Assembly: GCA_002269645.1 (NCBI GenBank)
Contig: NIVC01001027.1
Location: 1-64,000, forward strand
Direction of reading: 5' to 3'
DNA from: Macrostomum lignano
Taxonomy: Eukaryota
DNA: 64,000 nucleotides
Under the pieces are notes generated by a model that had not been told where the DNA came from, made no database searches, and saw only the letters and a program-made list of their open reading frames with translations. Made by a program: the position numbers and the translations under genes. This document shows, in pieces, positions 23,501 through 35,300 of this stretch (position 1 is the first letter of the stretch; every line of letters starts with the position of its first letter).

Positions 23501-26500
23501 ATGTGACTGCACTTGGAATCGAGCCTGGGTCGCGGCACACCAGAGCAGCTGCGCTACCGCTGGGCTACGGCCCCCCGTACTCGACCTTGAACACTAGGTG
23601 CTGGATCCTCAGCGCCATTCGCTCGACTCGTAGAGGCGGCCGCGACCCAGGCGCGAACATGGCCGTCAGCGGCTTGTGATCGGAGACCACTGTGAACTCG
23701 GGCGATCCATGCAGGTAGTACTCAAACTTCAGGCAGCCGAACTTTACGGCCAGTGCCTCCTTCTCGGTTTGCGAGTATCGCCGCTCGACATCGGATAGGG
23801 TTCGGCTGGCGACCGGCCTCGAGCTGCCGTCGCGCTGCTGGCGCCCAGTCCGGTCGGCCCCGCGTCCACGATCAGCTGCGTGCGCAGCCGCTTGTCGTAG
23901 AAAGCTAGCGTTGTCGGCTCCGCGATGCTGCGCTTCAGCTGCTCAAAGGCGCTGGCCTGGTCAGCGCCCCACTGCCAGTCGACGCCCTTCCTGGTCAGGC
24001 GCCGCAGCGGTTCCGCCACCTTGGCCAGCTGTGGCGTGAAAACGGCGAGGTAGTTCACAAGGACCAGGAATGAGCGAAGCTGCCCAATCGACTCGGGCTT
24101 CTAGAAGTCTTGAATGGCGGCGACCTTGCTTTCGGTGGCCTGGACTCCTTCCGCCGTGAGCCGCATTCCCATGAACTCGATGCTGCTGCACGCCACTCGG
24201 CACTTCCGAGCGTTCAGCGTGATGCCGTGCTGCGCCAGACGGGCCAGACATGCCTCGAGGCTGCTGTTGTGCTCCGCCATCGTGCGGCCGAACACGACCA
24301 CGTCGTCGTGGATCCATTTGACGTTGGGCAGGCCTGCCAGCACTCGACTCATCACATTCTGCAGGATCTCCTGGGAGGTGGACAGGCCCATGCACAGCCG
24401 GGTGAGACGGCGAAGTCCGCGAGGCGTCGAGAATGTTAGCAGGTTGCGGCATTTCTCGGCCACAGGCACCTGGTAGAACGCCTTCGCGATGTCCAGCTCC
24501 GAGAACACGGTGCTGCCGGCCATGTCCCCGGTCACCTCCTCGAAAGTCGGAATCTGGTGCCGCTCGCGGATGACGTAGCGGTTGACATCGCGGAGGTCCT
24601 GCGTGAAGCGCACCTCGCCCTGCTCCTTCTTGGGCACGACAACCATCCGCGCAACCCACGGCGCTGGACCGTCGACGGGCTCAATGATCCCGAGCTGCTC
24701 CAGCAGCTGCAGTTCCTTGTCCACCGTGCCTGCCAGGTGGATCGGCACCTTCGAAGGTGCGTGGCAGACCGGGCGGGCGCTGTCGGTGAGGTGAATGTCG
24801 ACAGGCGGCCCGGTGAAGCAGCCGATGCCGTTGAACACGCTGGCGTGCTTGCGCAGCACCCTGCCGATGTCCTCTACGTGTTCTTGAGGTACTCCGCTGG
24901 ATCTCGTACCGCTGAGGAGGGTTTCGACCGCCGTCTCCGCTTCAGCGACCTGCAGCACCTGCTGGCCGGCAGTCGGTGGTGGTCCGACACGCAGGATGTC
25001 CATCTGAGTGGCTGTCTGCCTGCCGATGATGGTGATGCCTCTCCCTTCGACGACGTGGAACGTGGCGACTGCCTGCCGACCGAAAATGCGGACGGCCATT
25101 GCCACCTTGCCCAGCAGATGCATCGGCCGGTCCGACCCGTACGCGAACAGCCTGTCCGAGGTGGTCTGCAGGTGCGGCCGCTGTTTCAGACTCTCGAACG
25201 TAGCCCGGTTAATCACATTTCGAGCCGCGCCGCTGTCAATCAACACCGAGAGTCTGGAGCCGTTGATCTCGGCTACTGTGTGGGCCGACTGCTCACCCTG
25301 GTCGACCTCGAACACGCCGGAGTCCGGGTCGTCCACCTTCTGGTAGCTGGTCTCGCCTTGCAGCGTTGCGACGGTGTTGGCGCCGCTCTGCGGGGCGTCC
25401 TGCCTGGACCTGCAGGCTTGTGCGAAGTGGCCCAGCTTCCCGCACTTTCTGCAGCTTTTGCCCTGCGCTGCGGTGCACGTAGGGTCCCCGATCTGCCGCA
25501 GCGATCGCAGGATACGCGCTGCGTCGGTGCCTGCGTTCTTGGCGGCTGACTGTCTCTTCTGACTGCTGCGAGCTGCTGCGGTTCTCCTGGTCTGTCGCTC
25601 TCCATCGCGGTGGCCTGCTGCTCCGCGCCTTTTTGAGCACATCTTCCAGGGAGATGTTGTTGGTCTGCAAGAAGTCTCTCCTAAGTCTCTCGGACTCGCA
25701 GTAGGCGACGATTTTGTCTCGGATCAGCGAGTCTCTGAGGGCCCCGAACTCACATGGCTCTGCCGCCTTGCGCAGACGCTGATACCACTGGTCGATCGGC
25801 TCGCCAGGCTGCTGTCTGCAGGTCTCAAACTTGAAACTTGAAACGCAATGTTATTCTTTCCGTCCCAGTACGCCTGGATGTTTTCCGCGAGGCTGTTGTG
25901 GTCCTCTCCAGAGACAATCGCGTTCTCTTCGACAACAGCCTGCAGCTCCTCTCCTGCGGCGTACAGCAGCAGCTGCTGCCCTTGAACCTTGTCAGTAATT
26001 CCAGCTGCATTGATGTACGTGGCGAAGCGACGAGTCCATGCAGTCCAGCGCTGTGCAGTGGAGTGGCAATCGCTATCGTGAGTGTGATTTGCTGAGTCAT
26101 GATTTTAAGGGTTCGGTTCTTGCGACGCCATTGTAGTAACTGAGACAGAGGCCGTGTTTGCTGTGTAGCCGAAACTGTTTCACTCTCGCCGCGCTGGGCA
26201 CACATCTATATATTTAGAGCTAGAATTGGGGTGGCGGCACCCACCCCGCTCTGCAGCCAATCAGACCGCCAGGGCGTACACGTTGGGCTAAGATACCGTG
26301 CGTACGCACACTACACCTGGGAGCTAAATTTAGGTTGTCCCTGGGAGCTAAATTCAGGTTGTCACTGGGAGCTAAATTCAGATTGTCCCTGGGAGCTAAA
26401 TTTAGGTTGTCCCTGGGAGCTAAATTCAGATTGTCCCTGGGAGCTAAATTCAGATTGTCCCTGGGAGCTAAATTTAGGTTGTCCCTGGGAGCTAAATTCA

Positions 26501-27317
26501 GATTGTCCCTGGGAGCTAAATTCAGGTTGTCCCCTGGGAGCTAAATTCAGGTTGTCACTGGGAGCTAAATTCAGATTGTCCCTGGGAGCTAAATTCAGGT
26601 TGTCCCCTGGGAGCTAAATTCAGGTTGGTCACTGGGAGCTAAAACCAGGAATTGTCACTGGGAGCTAAGACCAGGTTGTCACTGCTTTTATAAATCCAGG
26701 ACACACGACTTGAAGGTCGGGGGTTCGATTCCCGATCCCACTGTAACAAATAATTTTTGTCCTTGAGCAAGAAACTTTACTCTGCATAGCTTCAGTTCAC
26801 CCAGCTGTAAAATGGGTGCCAGCATTAGCTGGGGTAAATGAGGCTGTGTGGCGACTCCCCCCCCCCCAGTCCTTGGACTGAGCAGATTGTCAACCCCCTT
26901 CTCAAAAGCCTCAATCCACCCGGCAAACCCGCGGCAGACATCTGCATCCGGCTGAAGCGCCATCTGCCAGACGGCAGATCTGAGCTCAAGCAGTCCTCAA
27001 TGCGACTCAGCAACCCAAACGGCTCTGCGCGCCTTAACGAATCTTTTCAATTCCGGCTGACTCGCGACCAGCTCAAGGACTTCCAGCTCGGCCTGGCCGT
27101 CGCCAGCGCAGCCGCCACCGCCGCGGCAATTGGCGGCGGATTCAACAGCGCCGACGAGTTCAAAACCGTCGGCTGGGTGAACATCGACATCGTCGGCGGT
27201 GGCGGCTGCGACCCGGACGGAGCGGAGATGCTGCGAGAAGCGGTGACGGGACTGGCGGTCAGGAAGGCCGCCGCGGTCAGCACTTGGCTGATTGTCAACC
27301 CCGGATTGCCCGACTGA
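17563..27317 (+). CDS. Synaptotagmin-like tandem C2-domain protein (most reminiscent of SYT15-type, likely Ca-independent)
   Basis: Exons 17563-17994, 19955-20270, 26938-27317 join in frame (phase 0, then phase 1). Motifs GRIDPSLY, IGRLWFRVRF..KLEVVVLKARNL, NPDVNETFLF, LGHAVF (C2A); GLLHLSCAYY..RLVITL, LNESFQF (C2B). 5' end uncertain; possible microexon at 21129. Confidence 0.82.
18165..18500 (+). mobile_element. SINE family B (tRNA-derived), intronic
   Basis: Head GGGGGCCGTAGTCCAGTGG..GGCTCGATTCC; body co-linear with the copy at 23222-23576. Confidence 0.85.
19146..19310 (+). mobile_element. Diverged SINE-B-related fragment
   Basis: AGGGCCGCTGTGCAC..TGCTCAAGGGG..GCCTCCTCTCTGGTT resembles the SINE-B body. 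Confidence 0.4.
19768..19945. repeat. (AATCC)n pentanucleotide microsatellite abutting the splice acceptor
   Basis: Perfect then degenerate copies ending just before CAG at 19954. Confidence 0.97.
20403..20740. repeat. Telomere-like ~11-12-bp repeat (AAAACCCTAATC)n
   Basis: Contains CCCTAA (the TTAGGG complement) in most units. Confidence 0.9.
21377..21566 (-). repeat. 3' LTR (190 bp)
   Basis: Near-identical to 26132-26315; differs by a few substitutions and a 6-bp indel. Confidence 0.95.
21792..26100 (-). pseudogene. Gypsy gag-pol pseudogene
   Basis: Gag with tandem Zn knuckles (CDRCG.., CRKCGKLGHFAQAC), protease LIDSGA, RT (ELDIAKAFYQ, WIHDD), RNase H (VDAG..RYSQTEKEAL..SDHKPL), integrase HHCC and D-D-E (ADFVGP, TDNGP, TERLN). 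Several frameshifts, an in-frame TAG at 24101-24103 and a SINE insertion. Confidence 0.93.
23222..23576 (-). mobile_element. SINE family B inserted into Gypsy RNase H, 12-bp TSD
   Basis: TSD GTACTCGACCTT at 23210-23221 and 23577-23588, with a short poly(A) tail. Removing it restores ..FKVEYQPGASNAADVLSR. Confidence 0.95.
26132..26315 (-). repeat. 5' LTR (184 bp)
   Basis: TG..CA ends; PBS adjacent. Confidence 0.95.
26316..26685. repeat. 24-bp minisatellite (CCTGGGAGCTAAATTCAGGTTGTC)n; first unit displaced to 21350-21376 by the Gypsy insertion
   Basis: About 15 copies right of the element and one left of it. Confidence 0.93.
26700..26884 (+). mobile_element. SINE family A, truncated, just upstream of the last C2 exon
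   Basis: GGTTCGATTCCCGATCCCACTG..TCCTTGAGCAAG..CAGCTGTAAAATGGG..CCAGTCCTTGGACTGA. Confidence 0.85.
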
Positions 27318-27337
27318 ATTGGGGTCGCTGAGTTGAA

Positions 27338-27565
27338 GTGAATGTCAGATGGCGCCAAAGTGAATGTCAAATGGCGCCAAATTGAATGTCAGATGGCGCC
27401 AAAGTGAATGTCAAATGGCGCCAAATTGAATGTCAAATGGCGTCAAATTGAATGTCAAGTGGCGTCAAATTGAATGTCAAGTGGCGTCAAATTGAATGTC
27501 AAATGGTGCCAAATTGAATGTCAAGTGGCGCCAAATTGAATGTCAGATGGCGCCAAATTGAATGT
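27338..27565. repeat. 22-bp tandem repeat (TGAATGTCAAATGGCGCCAAAT)n
   Basis: About 10 copies starting ~20 nt after the C2-gene stop. Confidence 0.95.
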
Positions 27566-28529
27566 GTAATTAATACTGAATTGTTAAATCATGCACAATA
27601 GTCACTAAATAACTTACTACTGTAGACAGTATCGTTTGTTTCCAGCCGCAATGTCATTAAAAATAAGTAAGTAAAGAAGTCGCCGTACCATAAACTATTA
27701 AGTTATTTTGAAACAACGAAGCCGATTAAAACAACACTGCACGAACGATTTAATATAATTATTAATTTTATTGTAGAATTGTTCAAAACACACAGCTTAG
27801 ATATTAGATTAGGAATAATAACTACATAAAGCATTTATGCATCAAAACTTTAATATAGCAACACTAATATAAATATTAATATAGGCATAAACTAGGTGGC
27901 AGCGGACTCAGCACTGACTAGACAAATTATTCAAACTGCAGCTGCAAAGCGCAAAAGCATTTTATTTTAGGCACAGTATCAGAGCCAATACTTTTGATTG
28001 TCTGTTTGTTACATTGTACGTACGTATTTAGTCATATAATTATATAAATAAATTGCTAATTTGAAAATAAATCAAGCAAAATAAAAAGCTATACATGGGG
28101 ACTAGCTATTTACACGCACATGCTATAAAAGCCTAATTTTGTATGGGAAAATTATCACACAATTCTCCCTAAAAAAGTCATATTGCTGCACAATACTACG
28201 AGTAGTAAGATCTACTGCAAATCAAAGGATGAAAAAAATTGTGTGAACGTTGAAACGTTAAATTTTATTTACGATTTCGAACAAAATATCAGCAACAAAA
28301 CGCGCAACATGCTACTGTAACGATACAAGCAGCTAAGTAGCTTAGAATAGATAAAAATAAATGTATTGCAAGCATAATAATGTGTAGGATTGCAAAGACG
28401 ATTGAATATGCAAGCGTTTGATCAAAGAATGAAGTGTAAACCAAATTTATATCGACAAAAATCGTAGATACAAAAGACTAAACACGCCATTAGGAAGCTA
28501 TGAAGGTCAAATATGATTAATTAAAATGT

Positions 28530-29300
28530 GAGGATTTGGGATGAGGATTATTGGGATCAGCGGTCGAGGATGAGAATCTGGGGATTAATGGGATCAGGAG
28601 TGAGCGATTAATGGGATCAGAAGTTCGAGATGAGAATCTGGGAATTAATGGGATCAGGAGTGAGGGATTAATGGGATCAGAAGTTCGAGATGAGAATCTG
28701 GGGATTATGGGATCAGGAGTCGGGGATGATAATCCGGGGATTAATGGGATCAGAAATTGGGGGTGAAAATCTGGGGATCAATGGGATCAGCAGTCGGGGA
28801 TGAGAATCTGGGGATTAATGGGATCAGGAGTGAGGGATTAATGGGATCAGCAGTCAGGGATGAGAATCCGGGGATTAATGGGATCAGGAGTGGGGATGAG
28901 AATCTGGGGATTAATGGGATCAGAAGTTCGAGATGAGAATCTGGGGATTATGGGATCAGGAGTCGGGGATGAGAATCTGGGGATTAATGGGATCAGGAGT
29001 GAGGGATTAATGGGATCAGGAGTGAGGGATTAATGGGATCAGAAGTTCGAGATGAGAATCTGGGGATTATGGGATCAGGAGTCGGGGATGAGAATCCGGG
29101 GATTAATGGGATCAGGAGTCGGGGATGAGAATCCGGGGATTAATGGGATCAGGAGTCGGGGATGAAAATCTGGGGATCAATGGGATCAGCAGTCGGGGAT
29201 GAAAATCTGGGGAACAATGGGATCAGCAGTCGGGGATGAGAATCCGGGGATTAATGGGATCAGGAGTCGGGGATGAGAATCTGGGGATTAATGGGATCAG
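28530..29300. repeat. ~35-bp G-rich minisatellite (GGGATTAATGGGATCAGGAGTCGGGGATGAGAATCT-like)
   Basis: Tandem copies beginning ~25 nt past the CTL stop on the minus strand. Confidence 0.95.
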
Positions 29301-29323
29301 CAGCTGCATACTCAGCCAGCAGG

Positions 29324-32300
29324 TCAAACAGTCTTGGGCTGGGCATTGTCTCCGCTTCCCTGGTCAGCCGGGCCGCCAGTGGAGCGTATCGGGGTGCTGG
29401 CAGGAGTTCTCAGACTGCGCAAGTCGTCGTCAGCCTCTTGACTGGCCGTCGGCGCCTGCATCCGGCGCATCGGCAGAGACGAGTCCGGCCGGCCCTGCGG
29501 CTGCAGAGCAATGTCCGGCACGTCCTCCATCTGGTCGAGATCCTCCAGCTCGCTGAGTCTGAGGTGAGCGGCTGCTTCATCATCTACAGCGGCAGTCTTG
29601 GCTCCGTTCTCCTGCTGCACACCGGAGGATGTCAGCCGCATGGTGGCGGCCGCAGCCTGTCGACGCGATGACGAATTGCCGATGCTGCCAGGAGGCAGGT
29701 TGCTGGTCATAGCGTCGCAGGTGTCAAAGACCAGGTTCTGGGAGAGTATCAAGGTGGGATTAAGAGGGATATATATTTTTAATGTTTGAGGTTAGTGATA
29801 GTCTTAAAGGTGAGCTTGGGAACTTGGTTTCATTTTTAAGACAAGATTGATGAGAGTCTTAGGGTTTGTTTGATGAGAGATTCTTAGTGTGAGATTGGTA
29901 ACATTTTTGAGATGAGGCTCTTAGGGTGAGATTGGTGAGACTCTTATGGTAAGATCGGTAAGAATCCTAGGGTGCGAATAGTGAGATTCTTAAGGAGAGA
30001 TTTGCGAGATTCTCAGGGTGAGATTGGTGTGAGATTTTTAGGGTAAGATTGATGAGATTCTTAGGGTGAGATTAGTGAGATTCTTAGGGTGAGATTGGCG
30101 AAAATCTTAGGGTGGGATTGATGAGATTTTTAAGGTTAAGATGGGTGAGAATCTTAGGGTGAGATTGGTGTGAGATTCTTACGGTGATATTGGTGAGTTT
30201 CTTAGTGTGAGATTTTTAGGGCAATATTGACGCGAGACACTATTAGAGAGTTCCCAACACGAGAGCAACCCGAAAAAAATATGAATGTCATAAACAACAC
30301 TGCTAACCTTCAAGTCGTCAGTCATGAACTGCTCCCGGCCTGGCGAGCCATCGTTGGTGCCCAAATCGTAGGAAAAGCAGATGAAAATGGCGTCTATAAC
30401 GAACTGAAAAAGTTGGAGTACAGAAGGAACGCAAGAAGGAACTAGCGAAGTTAAAAATTGCCGCATAAAAAGTTATAACACAAAACATTTAACAAGACTT
30501 GGACTCACCTCGAACACGGACAGAAAGCAGTGAGCCACCAGGAATGCAAAAGTGGCCACCAATACAATTGGTAATGGAAAAAATCTGATGCTTTTGTCCG
30601 ACCATTTCAACTGCAATGTGAAATAATTAGTAAATTTATTTCTAATAGACGTTGTTAGGCCAAACCCCCACTATCCAAAATGCTCTGGGGGTCCAAAATC
30701 ACACAGGCCTCGAAAATCCCCCAGACCTCTAAAACCTCCCAGGTCTCCAAATCTCGCAAGCCTTTGGAGTCCCAAAGGCCTCTAAAATCCCCCAGGCCTC
30801 CTAATCCCACTGGCCTCTCCAAAATCACTCGCCCTAAAATCCCAAAGGCCTCCAAAATCCCCCAAAGCCTCTAAAATCCCATAGGCCTCCAAAACCCCAC
30901 AGGCCTCCCAAATCTCACAGGCCTCCAAATCCCACAGGCTTCCAAAATCCCACAGACCTCCCAAATCCCACAGGCTTCCAAAATCCCACAGACCTCCCAA
31001 ATCCCACAGGCTTCCAAAATCCCACAGACCTCCCAAATCCCACAGGCTACCAAAATCCCACAGACCTCCTAAATCCCACAGGCTACCAAAATCCCACAGA
31101 CCTCCCAAATCCCACAGGCTTCCAAAATCCCACAGGCCTCCCAAATCCCACAGGCTTCCAAAACCCCACAGGCCTCCCAAATCCCACAAGCTTCCAAAAT
31201 CCCACAGGCCTCCCCAATCCCACAGGCCTCCAAAACCCCACAGGCCTCCCCAGTCCGCACCATCAGCAGCACAGTGCAGACAATGGTGCAGGCAGCCGAC
31301 ACAGCCAGTTTAGCTGTCAGCAGTACAAAATCGCCGGCAGAATTGAGCGCGGCCAAGCGCAGCGAGGCGTGCTTGTTGCCAAGCAGATCCGAGGCGGCGC
31401 CGGCAGCCGACCAGAACGGCTCGCCGGTGAGCGCAGCGGCAGCCAAAGCGGATTTGTTTAATCGGCGACATCTGACGCAGCAGGCGTCCGAGCCGCCGCA
31501 GGCTTTCTGATTGCGCAACCGCTTGTGAAACCAGCTCAGCGCCCAGCGGGGCAGGCGGGTGACTGCGATGACAAGCGAGCCAATGGCTACCGTGCCTGCG
31601 GATCAAGGATTAAGGGGTGATTTTTTACTAGGGATGTTGGCTGGGCATTTTTATGACGATTAATCAACTGATTAACTGGAATTAGGATCAGAGTCGATCA
31701 GCTGATATGGGGATCAGAGGCGATCAGCTGATATGGGGATCAGAGTCGATCAGCTGATATGGGGATCAGAGGCGATCAGCTGATATGGGGATCAGAGGCG
31801 ATCAGCTGATATGGGGATCAGAGCCGATCAGCTGATATGGGGATCAGAGCCGATCAGCTGATATGGGGATCAGAGGCGATCAGCTGATATGGGGATCAGA
31901 GTCGATCAGCTGAATATGGGGATTATGGGCGATCAGCTGATATGGGGATCAGAGTCGATCAGCTGATATGGGGACCAGAGGCGATCAGCTGATATGGGGA
32001 TCAGAGGCGATCAGCTGATATGGGGATCAGAGGCGATCAGCTGATATGGGGATCAGAGTCGATCAGCTGAATATGGGGATTATGGGCGATCAGCTGATAT
32101 GGCGATCAGAGGCGATCAGCTGATATGGGGATCAGAGGCGATCAGCTGATTTGGGGATCAGAGGCGATCAGCTGATATGGGGATCAGAGGCGATCAGCTG
32201 ATTTGGGGATCAGAAGCGATCAGCTGATATGGGGATCAGAGGCGATCAGCTGATATGGGGATCAGAGGCGATCAGCTGATATGGGGATCAGAGGCGATCA

Positions 32301-35300
32301 GCTGATATGGGGATCAGAGGCGATCAGCTGATATGGGGATCAGAGCCAATCAGCTGATATGGGGATCAAAGGCGATCAGCTGATATGGGGATCAGAGCCA
32401 ATCAACTGATATGGGGATCAGAGTCGATCAGCTGATATGGGGATCAGAGCCAATCAGCTGATATGGGGATCAGAGGCGATCAGCTGATATGGGGATCAGA
32501 GTCGATCAGCTGAATATGGGGATTATGGGCGATCAGCTGATATGGCGATCAGAGGCGATCAGCTGATTTGGGGATCAGAGGCGATCAGCTGATTTGGGGA
32601 TCAGAGGCGATCAGCTGATTTGGGGATCAGAGGCGATCAGCTAATTTGGGGATCAGAGGCGATCAGCTGATATGGGGATCAGAGTCGATCAGCTGATATG
32701 GGGATTATGGGCGACCAGCTGATTTGGGGATCAGTGGCGATCAGCTGATATGGGGATCAGAGGCGATCAGCTGATTTGGGGATCAGAGGCGATCAGCTGA
32801 TATGGGGATCAGAGGCGATCAGCTGATATGGGGATCAGAGGCAATCAGCTGATATGGGGATCAGAGGCGATCAGCTGATATGGGGATCAGAGGCGATCAG
32901 CTGATTTGGGGATCAGAGGCGATCAGCTGATATGGGGATCAGAGGCGATCAGCTGATATGGGGATCAGAGGCAATCAGCTGATATGGGGATCAGAGGCGA
33001 TCAGCTGATATGGGGATCAGAGGCGATCAGTTGATATGGGGATCAGAGCCGATTAGCTGATATGGGGATCAGAGCCAATCAGCTGATATGGGGATCAGAG
33101 GCGATCAGCTGATATGGGAATCAGAGGCGATCAGCTGATATGGGGATTAGGGGCGATCAGCTGATATGGGGATCAGAGTCGATTAGCTGATATGGGGATC
33201 AGAGGCGATCAGCTGATATGGGATCACCGGATCAGAGACGATCAGCTGATATGGGGATCAGAGGCGATCAGCTGATATGGGGACCAGAGGCGATCAGCTG
33301 ATATGGGGATCAGAGGCGATCAGCTGATATGGGGATCAGAGGCGATCAGCTGATATGGGGATCAGAGACGATCAGCTGATATTGGGATCAGAGACGATCA
33401 GCTGATATGGGGATTAGGGGCGATCAGCTGATATGGGGATCAGAGGCGATCAGCTGATTTGGGGATCAGAGGCGATCAGCTGATATGGGGATTAGGGGCG
33501 ATCAGCTGATATGGGAATCAGAGGCGATCAGCTGATATGGGGATTAGGGGCGATAAGCGCGTGCAGTGGAGGCTCAACAAAGCTCACCCAGCCGACGCCA
33601 CACCAGATCGGCCAGAGCCCCGGCCACCGGCCATTTGGCGCTGTGCCGTTCGTCCCGATAATACCAGCCGCAGGCGACTCGGCCGAGCACGTACTGCTGA
33701 CAGGCCAGAGCAAACTCTCCAACCCACAGCAAACCGGCCACGTGATAAATCCACAGCCAGGACACCCATGACGGCCGGTCCATGGCCAGACAGGGCTCAA
33801 TAGGCTCCCTGATCAGACTGTTATTCATAGTGATGCTGGGAATCATTCTCGGCTCGCTGCGAGGCAGAGCGGACGTAGAAATGTAGGCCAGAGTCCACAG
33901 CCAGAGAGCGAACAGGCTGCCTAGCAACAGGCAGGTGACAATTGGCAGGGCGCACAGCTGCGGCACTGACCCAACGCACTTGGCGGCTTGAACGAATAGA
34001 GGGCCAACATAGCGGGCTCTGGAACAGACCACGCACAGGCAGAACAGCAGGACAAGCAGCAGCACTGTGCTCACGATTGACAGCACCAGGAATGCGTCCT
34101 CGTTTTGAGTCTCCAAGTCTAGCAGGGGGAAATTCCTGCGGTCAGCAATTGTGGGTAGCATTGGGTAGGCAGCAATGTCAAAATAGTATATTAGCCCAGC
34201 AACTGGGGATCTGGAAGGCTGGCCCAGCAACTGGGGATCTGGGAGGCTGGCCCAGAAACTGGGGATCTGGAAGGCTGGCCCAGCAACTGGGGATCTGGGA
34301 GGCTGGCCCAGAAACTGGGGATCTGGAAGGCTGGCCCAGCAACTGGGGATCTGGGAGGCTGGCCCAGCAACTGGGGATCTGGGAGGCTGGCCCAGCAACT
34401 GGGGATCTGGGAGGCTGGTGGCCCAGCAACTGGGGATCTGGAAGGCTGGCCCAGCAACTGGGGATCTGGGAGGCTGGTGGCCCAGCAACTGAGGATCTGG
34501 GAGTCTGGCTCTTCAACTGAGGATCGAGGAAGCAGGGTTAGCAGGCTACCCAGCCAAAAGTAACCTTATTAGCTTACACAGCCTCCTTGGCATCCAGCTG
34601 GCTCTTCTGGTCGGCGAACACCCACCAGAGCAGTGCGGTGGCGCTGCTGCACAGGCAGGCGCAGCTGACCAGCATAGCGTGCCCGGCCAGGCGAGGAAAG
34701 ATTCGAACCCCGGCCACTAGCGAGCCAGACAGAAGGCCGCTCAGAACGAAAATGTAGATGAGTAGTGACCACACAGAGTACAGGTCCGATAAGAGCAGGG
34801 AGAATATTGGAGTCAGATTGAGGTAGCCATAAATGTTGTTCAGCTTCCATCTGCGGATTGGAATTAGGTAAGATAATAAGATAAGAAAATATTGATTTGT
34901 ATTTTGGGCGTTTGGGGAATTCAGCTGGCTATGATGGAGATCAGGATTCTGGGAGTTTTGGGATTTTTCAGCTGGCTATGATGGAGATCAGGATTCTGGG
35001 CGTTTTGGGATTTTTTTCAGCTGACTATGATGGAGATCAGGATTCTGGGCGTTTTGGGATTTCTAAAGCTGGCTATGATGGAGATCAGAATTCTGGGCGT
35101 TTTGGGATTTCTACAGCTGGCTATGATGGAGATCAGGATTCTGGGCATTTTGGGATTTCTACAGCTGGCTATGATGGAGATCAGGATTCTGGGCATTTTG
35201 GGATTTCTACAGCTGGCTATGATGGAGATCAGGATTCTGAGCGTTTTAGGATATTTTCACGTGGCTATGATGGAGATTAAGATTCTGGGCGTTTTGGGAT

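Larger units (their letters stand above)
21377..26315 (-). mobile_element. Ty3/Gypsy LTR retrotransposon (Mag-like), full length but inactivated
   Basis: LTRs TG..CA at 21377-21566 and 26132-26315. TSD CCTGG at 21372-21376 and 26316-26320. PBS-like TGGCGTCGCAAG starts 1 nt from the 5' LTR. PPT GAAGAAGGAGAGA (21567-21579). Order gag-PR-RT-RH-IN. Confidence 0.97.

Noticed and set aside
22442-25549. Long plus-strand ORFs (22442-23164, 24557-25549) and 12861-13289 (-)
   Set aside because: Antisense shadows of GC-rich transposon coding sequence with no motifs of their own.
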